This document shows, one piece after another, positions 9,296 to 20,015 of a DNA stretch of 52,367 nt. Where the stretch lies: IMG/VR virus record IMGVR_UViG_3300020045_007855, positions 1-52,367 of that record. One strand, 5' to 3'. The position numbers and the translations under genes were made by a program. The notes beneath the pieces are model-generated. The model was not told where the DNA came from, made no database searches, and saw only the letters and a program-made list of their open reading frames with translations. Each line of letters begins with the position of its first letter. Positions within the stretch are counted from its first letter, which is position 1. The DNA comes from a virus (taxonomy: Duplodnaviria > Caudoviricetes).

Positions 9296-9684
9296 AATCA
9301 GCATTGGATGCAGTTGATATTATTTACCAAGTTGTTGCTTCTTCGCCTTTAAAAACGGCTATTAATGGCACTGTAAACAAGCTAAAACGTCCGACTGGTT
9401 CAACGAAAGAGGATATTGTAATTAATTCAATCGTCCTTGGAGATACCAATTTTCAAGAAGGTGTTTTCAATGTCAATATCTACGTTCCAAACCTTTCAAT
9501 TCAAAAGTCTTCTCTTCCAAATACGGCACGTTTACGAGAATTAGCATTATTAGCAATGCCTTTATTGCAAGAAGTTTCGGGTGATGATTATATTTTTTGG
9601 ATAGCATCGCAAAGCATTTTTGAGGAAACGGATATTAACTATCATTTTCTCAATACAAGAATAGAATTTAGATTTTTAGGATAA
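9292..9684 (+). CDS. Tail terminator protein
   Basis: RPTGSTKEDIVIN...NVNIYVPN...PNTARLREL; precedes the tail tube gene. Confidence 0.7.
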   Translation: MKSALDAVDIIYQVVASSPLKTAINGTVNKLKRPTGSTKEDIVINSIVLGDTNFQEGVFNVNIYVPNLSIQKSSLPNTARLRELALLAMPLLQEVSGDDYIFWIASQSIFEETDINYHFLNTRIEFRFLG

Positions 9685-9707
9685 AACTATAAAACAAAAA
9701 ATTTATC

Positions 9708-10208
9708 ATGGCAAAACCATTCACTTACGGCTTAGACTCCGTAGAATTTGGAGACGTAGCAACTGATGGCGGTGTCGCTACCTCTTTTTCATCAAAGGGC
9801 CTAACGTTCAAGGATTCATTCGAAATCGCATCGGCTGACCCTGATGTGCAGGAATTCATGTCGGAGGAAAACGACGACCCAGAGGTCTCGATCTCAACAC
9901 AGGGTAAGAAGATTTACAAGTTTCAATTGATGAATCCTGGCGTTGACGAATTCGCATACTTTTTAGGCGGAGAAGTTATCGCAGGACCTCCAAAATCTTG
10001 GGAAGCTCCTGACCAATCTCCAGTTGTCGAAAAGTCAGTAAAAATTACCCCAAAACAGGGTCACATCTTGACAATTACCCGTGCAAAAATAACGGCAAAG
10101 CATACGGGCAAGTATGCAAAAACTGGCCTTGCCATGTTAGATATTACCATTACAGTAATGAAACCAACTAAAGCAGGTGAGCCGTCAATGACTGCAACAG
10201 AACAGTAA
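9708..10208 (+). CDS. Major tail tube protein
   Basis: 166-aa beta-rich protein before the chaperone and TMP; followed by a terminator. Confidence 0.75.
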   Translation: MAKPFTYGLDSVEFGDVATDGGVATSFSSKGLTFKDSFEIASADPDVQEFMSEENDDPEVSISTQGKKIYKFQLMNPGVDEFAYFLGGEVIAGPPKSWEAPDQSPVVEKSVKITPKQGHILTITRAKITAKHTGKYAKTGLAMLDITITVMKPTKAGEPSMTATEQ

Positions 10209-10229
10209 TTCAATACTGAAAACTTAAAT

Positions 10230-10266
10230 AAAGGCTAAACTTAAAACTACGAGTTTAGCCTTTTTT
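10230..10266 (+). terminator. Rho-independent terminator after the tail tube gene
   Basis: AAGGCTAAACT...AGTTTAGCCTT followed by a T-run. Confidence 0.75.
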
Positions 10267-10273
10267 GAAAAAA

Positions 10274-10762
10274 ATGAGCATACTCAATTTAGAACGTGAA
10301 GAGCTTGATTTGATGGTTGACAAAGGCGTAAAGTTCACCGTAAAAAAACGGTCAATTTTACGGTTAATTGGCTCACCAGAACGAGAATTTACCATTTACC
10401 AGCCATACCTCGGAACATTAGATTTGCTTTCTCATGAGTTCTTAAAAATAGAATTTGATGAAGAGAAATTAAGAACCGACGGATTAAGCGAAAGCAAAAG
10501 GCTTGGTTCAAAAGCCGCTAAAGTATTAGCCGATATTTTGGCAATTGCGGTGCTTTCGGATAAGTGGAAAATCAAGTTATTCAAGTCGTTTTTATCTCAA
10601 TATTTTCTTTGGAGAGTAACACCTTCAAAAATGTTAGAGCTCTCAATGATAATCAATATAATGATGAACCTTGAGGGTTTTATCAACTCTATCAGATTGA
10701 ACGCAGTAAACAAGACAGCGAGCCCTCCGAAGCTGATAGAGACGAATCATCAGGAGGATTAA
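10274..10762 (+). CDS. Tail assembly chaperone (gpG-like)
   Basis: Between tail tube and TMP; contains slippery G GGT TTT at 10675-10681. Confidence 0.8.
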   Translation: MSILNLEREELDLMVDKGVKFTVKKRSILRLIGSPEREFTIYQPYLGTLDLLSHEFLKIEFDEEKLRTDGLSESKRLGSKAAKVLADILAIAVLSDKWKIKLFKSFLSQYFLWRVTPSKMLELSMIINIMMNLEGFINSIRLNAVNKTASPPKLIETNHQED

Positions 10763-10992
10763 AAAGCCCATACGGTCAACGTGGAAGCATTCTTTCAAAT
10801 TTCGGGTGGACGTGGGAATACTTACATTGGGGTATTAGATGGACAATTGTTCAACGAATGCTGATTGACGCACCAACATTTAAGTCGGGAAAGAAAAAAG
10901 GTTCAGAAGGCTACGTTGAAAAAATACAAGCCGAAAAAGAAGACTGGGAAAAGATGTTATCTGACATCCCACTAATCAAGAAAAATCAATGA
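10675..10992 (+). CDS. -1 frameshift extension of the tail chaperone (gpGT-like)
   Basis: The -1 frame opens right after TGA at the heptamer GGGTTTT and runs to TGA 10990-10992, overlapping the TMP ATG; encodes GLKSPYGQRG...FGWTWEYLHWGIRW...MLIDAP. Confidence 0.8.
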   Translation, partial: GFYQLYQIERSKQDSEPSEADRDESSGGLKSPYGQRGSILSNFGWTWEYLHWGIRWTIVQRMLIDAPTFKSGKKKGSEGYVEKIQAEKEDWEKMLSDIPLIKKNQ

Positions 10993-13900
10993 ATAACTCA
11001 AGTGGAGCATTAAGTTTTGACGCAATTATCAATGACTCGGATTTTCAAAGAAAGTTCGATGAAATGGAGCGTCGTATAAAAGGCTTCACAAATACGGCAA
11101 CATCCGAAACTAAGAAAGTTGACGACCAATTCCGACTTCTTGGTACTGCCATTGCAACTTACTTCACAACCGACGCACTAAAAAACGTAGCAACCCAAAT
11201 CATTACAGTTAGAAGCGAGTTTCAGCAACTTGAAACGGCTTTCCGTGTAATGTTAGGCTCTAAGGAGAAAGCTAATGCCTTAATGTCTCAGGTTGCCAAC
11301 TTAGCAGCCGAAACACCATTCGGATTAAAAGACGTTGGCAATGCCGTAAAGATGCTTATTGCTTACGGAACAAGTGCCGACTCCGCAATTAAGACTTTGC
11401 GAATGTTGGGTGATGTTGCTTCGGGTGTATCCGCTCCGATTAATGATATTGTGTACCTATATGGCACTCTGCAAACTCAGGGGCGTGCGTATGCGGTTGA
11501 TATTCAACAATTCGCAGGTCGTGGTATTCCGATTTACAAGGAATTAGCAAAGGTTTTAGGTACTACACAAGACAAAGTGAAAGGCTTTGTCGAAGATGGA
11601 AAAGTCGGCTTCAAAGAAGTTGAAAAGGCTTTCCAAAACATGACTTCACAAGGTGGCTTGTTTAACAATGCTATGCTTGAACAGTCAAAAACAATTGGTG
11701 GTTTGATTTCTACATTGAAAGATAACATTGACCAAATGTTTAACGACATTGGAAAAAATCAGGAAGGATTTATTGCTGGTACTATCAAGATGGGTATTGA
11801 TATGACTCAGAATTACGAGAAAATTCTTGATGTATTGACCGTGTTAACTGCAATGTATGGGGCATATAGAACAGCACTTATTCTTACGACAGCAGTTGAG
11901 AGTGCTTTGATTGCTTCAAAAGTTGGACTTACTGCTGCAGAAGCACTTCATTATGGCTGGTTGGTTCTCGAAAAAGAAGCACAATTGGCATTGAATGCCG
12001 CAATGATGGCAAATCCTTATGCAATTGCTGCGGCTCTTTTAGTTGGATTGGCTGGTTCACTGTATCTCGTAAGACAAAAAAGCATTGAATTAAAGTCTGC
12101 TTCTGAATTATTGAGTCAAGCAAACGCAGATGTTACGAGCGGAGTGCAAGCACAGTCTTCTGAAATAAATCAATTAATTGATGTTTTACATAATAAAAAT
12201 ATTGCTGATTCTGAAAGATTAAATGCTTATAATAAAATTAATGCTATCACTCCAACAATTCTAAATGGATTGGATTTTGAGAAATCAAAAACTGCTGATT
12301 TAACGGCAGAAGTATATAATTATATTGGAGCATTAGAAAAGAAATTAAGATTAGAGGCAAGTCAAGGCAAACTTAAAGAAGCATTAGATCAGCAGGCAAA
12401 AGCACAGGAACAGTTTGATAAAGCCATATCAAATAAAAAAAGTAAATCCGCATTTCCAACTCCTGTAAATATGGCTTCTGGATTTTATCAATATGATAAA
12501 ACAACTGGAGCTAATAACAGAATCAATGATGCAAGTAAAACTTTATTAGAAGCAAAGTCAATTGTATCTGAAATAAATAAAAGCATTGAAACTATTTATA
12601 AAGGTGATACAAAAGACGGATTAAAATCTAAGATTGCCAGTATTGAGGCTCAAAAAAAAGGAGTTGACAAACTTTCTCTTGCTTATAAAATTTTAGAAGA
12701 AGAGGGTAAAAAATATACTAATCAGTTAGATAAAATTGCCGAAAAAGAAAATAAAGGCAAGAAGGATGAGCCAGTCGTAAAAACTGCATCTTGGTATAAA
12801 AACAAAATCAAAGAAACGGAAGAGTTACAATCAAAAGTTGATGCAACTTCTAAAAAATATTTAGAATACCAAAAACAGATTGATGGATACGAAAAGATAT
12901 TAAATCCTACAAAATCTGGCGGAAAAGGTTCAAAACCAGAAGAAATATTTCCATTTGGTACCATTAAATACTGGGAACAAGTATCTCAGAAAGCAAAAGA
13001 AGCAATCGAGAAAACTGTTCCATTAGCGGAAAGGCAACGTTTAAATGCCGTAGTTCTTGACGCTGACCGCAAAGCGGAAGCATTACGCAAAGAGTTAGTT
13101 ATCAAGTCATTTGATGAAGAATTAGAGGAAAAGAAAAAGCAGTATGACCTCTATGAAAAATGGGTGCAATTCGTCAGCAAAGAAAGTGCTGATGCTCAGT
13201 TTTCTACCTTAATTCGCTCAAATAAGACTTATGCCGATTGGTTGAAAGGTCAGATTGATACCTTACAAAATCAGCAAAATTCGGGTATGATTTCGGAGCA
13301 AGGAAAGAAAAACCTTGTTTCGCTAAATGTTGAATATGCTTCCGTAACTGGTGGAAAATCGGCGATTGATGTCTTTAAGGATGGACTCGAAAAAGCAAAG
13401 TTTGAAGCTGGATCTCTTTCAAAATACCTTGCTTACTTACAAACGCAACAAGAAAGCCTAAGAGGTGACACCTCAACGAATGGTATCTTGAAAAATCTTG
13501 AAATTGCCCTTCAAGTTAATCAAACTCAACAGGCTATTCGTGAGGAACTAAAATCATTTCTCGAAAATGCTAACGATTACGAGACGCAAGTTCTCAACAT
13601 TCAAACTAAATACTCTAACCTTAGAGCTGACTTAGATGCTCAGTACTCCGATAAGAAAAACGAAACTTACGTAAAGACTAAGGAGCTAATTAAAAAGGCT
13701 GAGGAAGGGGAATTAAAGGACGTAAACGATATTAGAGATAGAAATTTAGAGTCGTTTAAAAGATTGCAAGAAACAATTTATGAAAGCAATAGGCAAGGTT
13801 TAAAATTAAGAATTGAGCATGAAAAGGCTGCTTTAGGTGACATAGTAAAAAAATACGGCGAACAGTCTAAAAAATACAAAGAAAAAGCGGAAGAAATAGC

Positions 13901-15359
13901 CAAACTACAAGAGCAACTACACAAAGATACTTTAACCCAAATCAACGACTTCGCAGCCTTAGCGAGTCAATTAGGTTCAGTTCTCCAACAAGCAGGTGGT
14001 GGATTTGCTCAATTAGGTGGTTTGTTATCGGGGCTTGCCAATTCGGCAAAATTGATAACGGTTTCTTTTGACAAATCCGCAACAACGGCTGACAAAGTTC
14101 AAGTTGGCGTAAGTGGTATTATTTCGCTTGTAAATACCCTTATTTCAGCATCAAATCAACGTAATCAAGCTGAAAAAGAGTACCAAAACAATGCTTTAGC
14201 CTTCGAACATAATTACAAAATGGCTATCAATGAGCGTATCGGCTTGATGGCGTCTTCGGAGGAAAACGTATTTCTGAAAAACTACCAAGGCCGTTTGACC
14301 GATTCGTTCAAAATGTTCAATGATGCTTCGGCTAAGTACAAGGAAGCATTAGCAAAGTTAAATCAAGGGCAAGCGAAAACAGGGCAACAAAACAGCGTGA
14401 ATTGGGGAAATGTAGGCTCTGCAACTGGTTCGGGGGCTGCGATCGGTGCAACAGTTGGCTCAATAGTTCCCGTCATTGGTACAGCCATTGGTGCAGGAGT
14501 TGGGGCCGTTGTTGGATTTTTCACTGGTTTGTTTGGTGCAAAAACCAAAGACGACACTTTCGGTTCACTCATTCAATTATATCCAAACCTTATTACTCAG
14601 TCGGCAAACGGTCAAAAAGTTTTTAACAAGGATTTGGCTCAAACGCTAATCACCAATAACCAGGTTGACGATGCCACAAAACAATTACTTCAAAATACCA
14701 TTGATTGGACCAATCAAATGGAGAAAGCGAAGGAGACAGTTAAGGGTATTATTTCTGAATTAGCTGGAAACTTGGGTAATAACCTTCGTGATTCATTGGT
14801 AAACGCCTTCAAAGAAGGAACGGACGCAGCAAAAGCATTTGGCGATTCTGTAAGTGGAATATTAGAAGACATCATTTCAAAAATGATTTTCAACCAAATA
14901 TTTTCTAAGGCTTTTGAAGATTTAGAAAAAGAAATGATTAAATCCTCAGATTTAGCTAATAATGGCGACGGCTCTTGGATTGACGATTTTGGAAATTTCT
15001 TCTCACAGGCTGATGGGCTTTGGCAACAGTTTTACGAAAGCCTAAAGACGGCACAAAAAGAAGCAGGAAAATACGGATTAAACATCTTCCAAAAGACACA
15101 AACCAATACGGCAACGAATAACACAGTTTTGAGTGGAGCAATCAAAGGAATGTCGGAGGAAACGGCGTCAATATTGGCTGGTCAGTTCAATGCTATTCGT
15201 ATCAATTCAGCAACGACCGTACAACTAACCCGTGAAGGGGTTGGATACCTTCAAAATATATCAAAATACTCAACTCAGTACTTGCCATACCTTGAAGGGA
15301 TTGACGCAAAATTAAAGACGCTTAACGAAGCCACATCACTAAGGGCAAAAGGAGGATGA
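10989..15359 (+). CDS. Tape measure protein
   Basis: 1456 aa, helical; tape-measure N-terminal domain (AAETPF...LGDVASG...QFAGRGIPI). Confidence 0.92.
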   Translation: MNNSSGALSFDAIINDSDFQRKFDEMERRIKGFTNTATSETKKVDDQFRLLGTAIATYFTTDALKNVATQIITVRSEFQQLETAFRVMLGSKEKANALMSQVANLAAETPFGLKDVGNAVKMLIAYGTSADSAIKTLRMLGDVASGVSAPINDIVYLYGTLQTQGRAYAVDIQQFAGRGIPIYKELAKVLGTTQDKVKGFVEDGKVGFKEVEKAFQNMTSQGGLFNNAMLEQSKTIGGLISTLKDNIDQMFNDIGKNQEGFIAGTIKMGIDMTQNYEKILDVLTVLTAMYGAYRTALILTTAVESALIASKVGLTAAEALHYGWLVLEKEAQLALNAAMMANPYAIAAALLVGLAGSLYLVRQKSIELKSASELLSQANADVTSGVQAQSSEINQLIDVLHNKNIADSERLNAYNKINAITPTILNGLDFEKSKTADLTAEVYNYIGALEKKLRLEASQGKLKEALDQQAKAQEQFDKAISNKKSKSAFPTPVNMASGFYQYDKTTGANNRINDASKTLLEAKSIVSEINKSIETIYKGDTKDGLKSKIASIEAQKKGVDKLSLAYKILEEEGKKYTNQLDKIAEKENKGKKDEPVVKTASWYKNKIKETEELQSKVDATSKKYLEYQKQIDGYEKILNPTKSGGKGSKPEEIFPFGTIKYWEQVSQKAKEAIEKTVPLAERQRLNAVVLDADRKAEALRKELVIKSFDEELEEKKKQYDLYEKWVQFVSKESADAQFSTLIRSNKTYADWLKGQIDTLQNQQNSGMISEQGKKNLVSLNVEYASVTGGKSAIDVFKDGLEKAKFEAGSLSKYLAYLQTQQESLRGDTSTNGILKNLEIALQVNQTQQAIREELKSFLENANDYETQVLNIQTKYSNLRADLDAQYSDKKNETYVKTKELIKKAEEGELKDVNDIRDRNLESFKRLQETIYESNRQGLKLRIEHEKAALGDIVKKYGEQSKKYKEKAEEIAKLQEQLHKDTLTQINDFAALASQLGSVLQQAGGGFAQLGGLLSGLANSAKLITVSFDKSATTADKVQVGVSGIISLVNTLISASNQRNQAEKEYQNNALAFEHNYKMAINERIGLMASSEENVFLKNYQGRLTDSFKMFNDASAKYKEALAKLNQGQAKTGQQNSVNWGNVGSATGSGAAIGATVGSIVPVIGTAIGAGVGAVVGFFTGLFGAKTKDDTFGSLIQLYPNLITQSANGQKVFNKDLAQTLITNNQVDDATKQLLQNTIDWTNQMEKAKETVKGIISELAGNLGNNLRDSLVNAFKEGTDAAKAFGDSVSGILEDIISKMIFNQIFSKAFEDLEKEMIKSSDLANNGDGSWIDDFGNFFSQADGLWQQFYESLKTAQKEAGKYGLNIFQKTQTNTATNNTVLSGAIKGMSEETASILAGQFNAIRINSATTVQLTREGVGYLQNISKYSTQYLPYLEGIDAKLKTLNEATSLRAKGG

Positions 15360-16561
15360 TACAAGAATTAGTTCAATACGTTCCTTTCGATGAAGCATCG
15401 GGAAACGTAGCACATGACCTTTCTGGAAAAGATAATCATCTTAATATTACAGGCAGTCACGAGTGGGAAGTAGGAAAGAAAAACAATGCAATTCATCTTG
15501 AAGATACTGAAGGGGTTATCGAGATTATCGGTTCAACTATTGTTGATTTAGAAGAAGATTTCACTTATACTTTTTGGTTCAAAGCCGACATTGTTGGTAG
15601 TACTCCAACTGCCACATGGCTACTATATAAGTTTGCAGGAGAAGACAATTATTTGTATTTGGATGCTAATACAAACGGCCGTGGTTGGACTTATGTAGCT
15701 ATTGTGCAAGAAGGTAGATCTGTATCACTATTTATCAATGGCGTAAAAACAAGTAGCGAAGCATTTCCTTCTAATTGGGGGACACCAACTGGATTTGTTT
15801 TCCTAAATGATAATCCTAATAGTTCGGGAGGATTAATTAGCATTGACGAACTGAATGTTTACAAAGGGGTTTTTAACGACTTCATAACGCCACCAGCGAC
15901 ACCCATGGAAGTAATATACAAGATACATTACGAAACGTTCAAATCATTTGGCGTTTTCGTAAAACAAGGAGACGGTTTTTTTGATGCACTAAAAATGAAA
16001 GAACCGTTTAGCGTTGATTGGCCAGATTATCACGGTCAGGTTTTGGATTTGTCTGACCCACGTTACGAAGCAAGAACAATCACGCTTGAGTGCTTTTGCT
16101 ACGCACGCACCAAAGAAGATTTTGACGAAAAAATCAAGCGTTTTATGAATATGTTCTACGGAGCAGGAACAAAAAGGCTTTCTTTAGATGCGAGTGGTTT
16201 GATTTTCAATTATGAAATCTACATGGCGGCAGAATCAAAAGTAAAAAAACGTTTTCGCTCAATTGATATGGTTGGGGAGTTTACTCTTGAATTAATCGAA
16301 CCGCAACCAATTAAGCGTATTATCTATTTCTTATCAGCAAGTGGCAATAATACAATTACCGTAAGTTTCACAACTCGCAAGCCATTATCAATTTATTGGG
16401 GCGATGGCTCAAGATTAGATAACGTCATCGGCACAGTAACCAAAACGCATACGTACGAAAGTAATGGCACAAAATACGTCATCATTGCTGGAGTAATAGA
16501 AGAAGTAAGCAACCTATCAACAAACGGAATCATAACGAATGGAGCAAATAGTTATTTCTAA
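15356..16561 (+). CDS. LamG-domain/distal tail (Dit-like) protein with PKD-like C-terminus
   Basis: FDEASGNVAHDLSG...WTYVAIV...IDELNVY (LamG); KEPFSVDWPDYHG...YEARTITL (Dit-like); IYWGDG...HTY. Confidence 0.7.
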   Translation: MIQELVQYVPFDEASGNVAHDLSGKDNHLNITGSHEWEVGKKNNAIHLEDTEGVIEIIGSTIVDLEEDFTYTFWFKADIVGSTPTATWLLYKFAGEDNYLYLDANTNGRGWTYVAIVQEGRSVSLFINGVKTSSEAFPSNWGTPTGFVFLNDNPNSSGGLISIDELNVYKGVFNDFITPPATPMEVIYKIHYETFKSFGVFVKQGDGFFDALKMKEPFSVDWPDYHGQVLDLSDPRYEARTITLECFCYARTKEDFDEKIKRFMNMFYGAGTKRLSLDASGLIFNYEIYMAAESKVKKRFRSIDMVGEFTLELIEPQPIKRIIYFLSASGNNTITVSFTTRKPLSIYWGDGSRLDNVIGTVTKTHTYESNGTKYVIIAGVIEEVSNLSTNGIITNGANSYF

Positions 16562-19500
16562 GGCAAGTGATTTGAGTGAAACACTTTTGCGGTCGCTATA
16601 CCCTATTATTTCCGTTTCCGATGCCAAACAGGTAAAGGAGTTAAACGGAGCTAATGAGGTTAGCTTGACCGTAGAAAGTGCCGTGCCTTTGGAGCTAACA
16701 ATTGGCGACTATGCGGTGATTTTTGGCGAAAGATACACGATTAATCAACTACCAAACCCAGAAAAAAAAGGTGATAGAAGATTTGTTACAACCATCAAAA
16801 TGGAGTCGGCTCAATACGATTTGTTACGAGTTCAATTCTTTAATACCGACGTTAGTGGATTCAATACTTCTCCTGATTTTACTCTTACAGGGAATTTAGC
16901 ATTTTTCTGTGGCGTGGTGGTAAATAATGCCAATAGGGTTTTCTCCGGGCAATGGTCAACTGGAAGTATGTCGTCCACTGGCGATAAGACGATTTCTTTC
17001 AACGAAGACAACTGTTTGGGGGCATTACAAAAGATTTGTCAAGAGTTTGAAACGGAATTCAAGGTTAGCCAAAGCAGTGATAATAAGTCAATCACAATCG
17101 GTACTTTCGGCTCTATATTAGGCACAACTTTCGAGTATGGCAAAGGCAAAGGATTATACAATCTTTCACGCCAAACGCTCAACGATAAGAGTGTTGTCAA
17201 TCGCTTATACCTATTCGGAGGAACAAAAAACATACCGCCAAACTACCGAAATTTCTCGCAAAGATTGACGATTCAAGGGGGTTACATCCAAGATAATGCT
17301 TCAATTTCAGCTTTCGGAATTATCGAGGGCGTAAAGACTTACGAAGATATTTTTCCTAAAAGAAAAGGTACAGTCACATTCGTAGGCGGTCAATTAGTTT
17401 TTGCCGATGAATCTATGAATTTTGACATCAAAGACAGTCTAATTGAAGGAATGACTGCAAAGGTTTCTTTCGTTTCGGGTGGTTTGTCTGGATATACTTT
17501 TGATGTCAAAAAGTACGATGCAGCTTTGAAAGCATACACTTTAATGCCGTTTCAAGACGAGCGTGGATTGGAATTGCCATCAGCAACATTGCCAGGTTTT
17601 ACAATAGATGTTGGCGACGAATATATTTTGGAAAATATTCTTTTGCCTTCTTCTTATATCACAGAAGCGGAAACAAAACTTCTTTCTGAAGGTCAAATTT
17701 TTCTTGACCAAAACAAAGCTCCACGTGTTCAATATTCACTAACGTTTGACGAGTACTATTTTAAGGATTTATACAGTCAGAGCGGCATTACTAATGTTTT
17801 TGAGGTTGGCGATTATGTTACGATTAATGATGAAGATTTGTCAATCATCAACGGTACAACCCGAATTATTGGCATTGAAAGAGATTGTCTTTTTCCTTAC
17901 CGTTATGTACTAACTATTGCGGATTCTTACGAAATAACGCTAATTGAGAAGATAATTGCACAGGGCAAAACACAAAAGCAAATTATCAAACTCAATAAGC
18001 TATACGACGCTACAAAGGCAAAGATAGGCTGGAGAAATACGCAAGAATTACTTGCTATGACCTTTGACACGGATGGATATTTTGACACTGGCAATATTAG
18101 GCCGTTATCAATTGAAACGTCAATGCTTGTTGTAGGCGTGAAGTCTCAACAGTTAATTCTACGTGTTGTGATTGAGCCAAATTTTGAGGGAAACATCAAC
18201 GTCGTGAAGGTCAATGCAGGAATTTTGGTGCAGTACTTGGTTGAAGAAACAATTAGGACATGGCAAATTGCAGCACAAACGGTCACTATTCCAGACAACG
18301 GTGCAAGGTATATCTACGGAAAATGCCATCGCACTAACTATAATGACGGTATGCTCATTTTTTCAACTGAGCAAATAAAACCTGATGACGATGCCAATTA
18401 TTATCACTTTTTAATCGGTGTTCTTCATTCGGTTACGGAGGGCGTAAGATGGATTTCGTTGACATACGGGGCAACCGCAATAAATGGCCGTTTCATCAAA
18501 ACAGGTCGTATTCAATCATTTTCTGGAGAAACTTACTTCGACTTGGATATGAACGAAATTGCTGGAAAGATTTCCTTCATTGATGCAAACGGTGATTATG
18601 TTGATTTGGACCAATTTAACCAAGACGTTCTTGACTTCATTAATACTACCTATACTGGAGACAAAACACTTATTCAAAATCAAATTGACGGTAAAATTGA
18701 AGCATGGTTTCAAGATTCTGACCCTAACACTTGGCCAGAAAGTGAAAGGGCGGCACACAATGGTGATATGTGGTATCATCTTACCAATAAGAAGCTGTAT
18801 CGATACAAGGCATCAACGAATACGTGGGAAAGGATTGAAGATCAAGACGCTTTGGACGCTTACGAAGCAGCTTCAAAGGCCCAAGACACCGCCGACGGGA
18901 AAAGACGTGTTTTTGTGGCTGAGCCATATCCTCCTTATGACGTTGGCGATCTTTGGACGGATGGGACCGACCTTCGTAGATGCGTAACCACAAGGCTAAC
19001 GGGGTCTTATAATCCACTTGATTGGAACTTAGCAACAAGGTACGATAATACCAAAACTACAATCGACGGTGGTATTGTCACGAGTGGGCGTATTCAGTTG
19101 GCAGGTGATGATTTCAATATCAAAGCAGGAATTACGGGCCAAGGAACTGATGACTCATCAGTGCGTTTTTGGGCTGGCACTGACTACGGAAATAGAGCAG
19201 TTGCACCATGTAGGATTCTTCAATCTGGAGCAATATTCTTCCGTCAAAAATTGGTTCTTACTAATTCATCAAATGATGAGCAAGCTGGAATTAGTGGTGA
19301 CGATGGTTCGGGTGATACAAACGTAAGATTTTGGTCTGGTAGTAATTATGCAAGTCGTGGCTCTGCTCCGTTTAGGGTTTTTGCTGATGGAACTTTTGTC
19401 TCTACAAAAGGCAGTTTTGGAGTCCTTCAAATTGCAGGAAGTGAATTAAGAAACGATTTCAACTCGGACGCTTCAATTATAATTAGAAAAGATTGGATGA

Positions 19501-19997
19501 GCCAGTCAGTCGCAATCGGAACGGATGTATATCCGCCAAGTGGCGGCAATAAAGGAACAGCGAAGTTCGAGCAAGGTGCATCAAACGGAAGCGGGTGGAA
19601 TATAGGAGTTGAAGCAAGAGCCTTTGGTTCAACATTCCGAAATGTAGCATTGTATGTTTCTGAAGGTGAATTGCTGGCAAACAGAGCAACACTTAACGGA
19701 AGAAGTACATATTCAGAAACATTCAACGACAATACGAATAGGTCGGTTGATGTGAGTCAATATGATGTACTTAATCTTTTCGTAAATGGATCATACCCAA
19801 CCGCAGGCGTTAATTTTGTTGGGGGAGTTTCCGACGGAAAACAAGTAGTTGTTATCAATTCAAATAACGCCAAACCTGTTTGGGTTTGGTCAACTGCAAG
19901 AGCTGGAAATGTAGAACTGGCAGGCGGTGAGGTGGTAACATTTGTTTATTCGGGTGGATATTGGTATATCATCTCAAGATACAATCAAGATTTTTAA
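16539..19997 (+). CDS. Baseplate hub/central tail fibre protein (Tal-like)
   Basis: 1152 aa; YGKGKGLY, LFGGTKNIP, EDIFPKR hub motifs; QIDGKIEAWF, ADGKRRVFV...PPYDVGDLW fibre motifs. Confidence 0.8.
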   Translation: MEQIVISKASDLSETLLRSLYPIISVSDAKQVKELNGANEVSLTVESAVPLELTIGDYAVIFGERYTINQLPNPEKKGDRRFVTTIKMESAQYDLLRVQFFNTDVSGFNTSPDFTLTGNLAFFCGVVVNNANRVFSGQWSTGSMSSTGDKTISFNEDNCLGALQKICQEFETEFKVSQSSDNKSITIGTFGSILGTTFEYGKGKGLYNLSRQTLNDKSVVNRLYLFGGTKNIPPNYRNFSQRLTIQGGYIQDNASISAFGIIEGVKTYEDIFPKRKGTVTFVGGQLVFADESMNFDIKDSLIEGMTAKVSFVSGGLSGYTFDVKKYDAALKAYTLMPFQDERGLELPSATLPGFTIDVGDEYILENILLPSSYITEAETKLLSEGQIFLDQNKAPRVQYSLTFDEYYFKDLYSQSGITNVFEVGDYVTINDEDLSIINGTTRIIGIERDCLFPYRYVLTIADSYEITLIEKIIAQGKTQKQIIKLNKLYDATKAKIGWRNTQELLAMTFDTDGYFDTGNIRPLSIETSMLVVGVKSQQLILRVVIEPNFEGNINVVKVNAGILVQYLVEETIRTWQIAAQTVTIPDNGARYIYGKCHRTNYNDGMLIFSTEQIKPDDDANYYHFLIGVLHSVTEGVRWISLTYGATAINGRFIKTGRIQSFSGETYFDLDMNEIAGKISFIDANGDYVDLDQFNQDVLDFINTTYTGDKTLIQNQIDGKIEAWFQDSDPNTWPESERAAHNGDMWYHLTNKKLYRYKASTNTWERIEDQDALDAYEAASKAQDTADGKRRVFVAEPYPPYDVGDLWTDGTDLRRCVTTRLTGSYNPLDWNLATRYDNTKTTIDGGIVTSGRIQLAGDDFNIKAGITGQGTDDSSVRFWAGTDYGNRAVAPCRILQSGAIFFRQKLVLTNSSNDEQAGISGDDGSGDTNVRFWSGSNYASRGSAPFRVFADGTFVSTKGSFGVLQIAGSELRNDFNSDASIIIRKDWMSQSVAIGTDVYPPSGGNKGTAKFEQGASNGSGWNIGVEARAFGSTFRNVALYVSEGELLANRATLNGRSTYSETFNDNTNRSVDVSQYDVLNLFVNGSYPTAGVNFVGGVSDGKQVVVINSNNAKPVWVWSTARAGNVELAGGEVVTFVYSGGYWYIISRYNQDF

Positions 19998-20015
19998 TTA
20001 TAACCTTATAAAATT

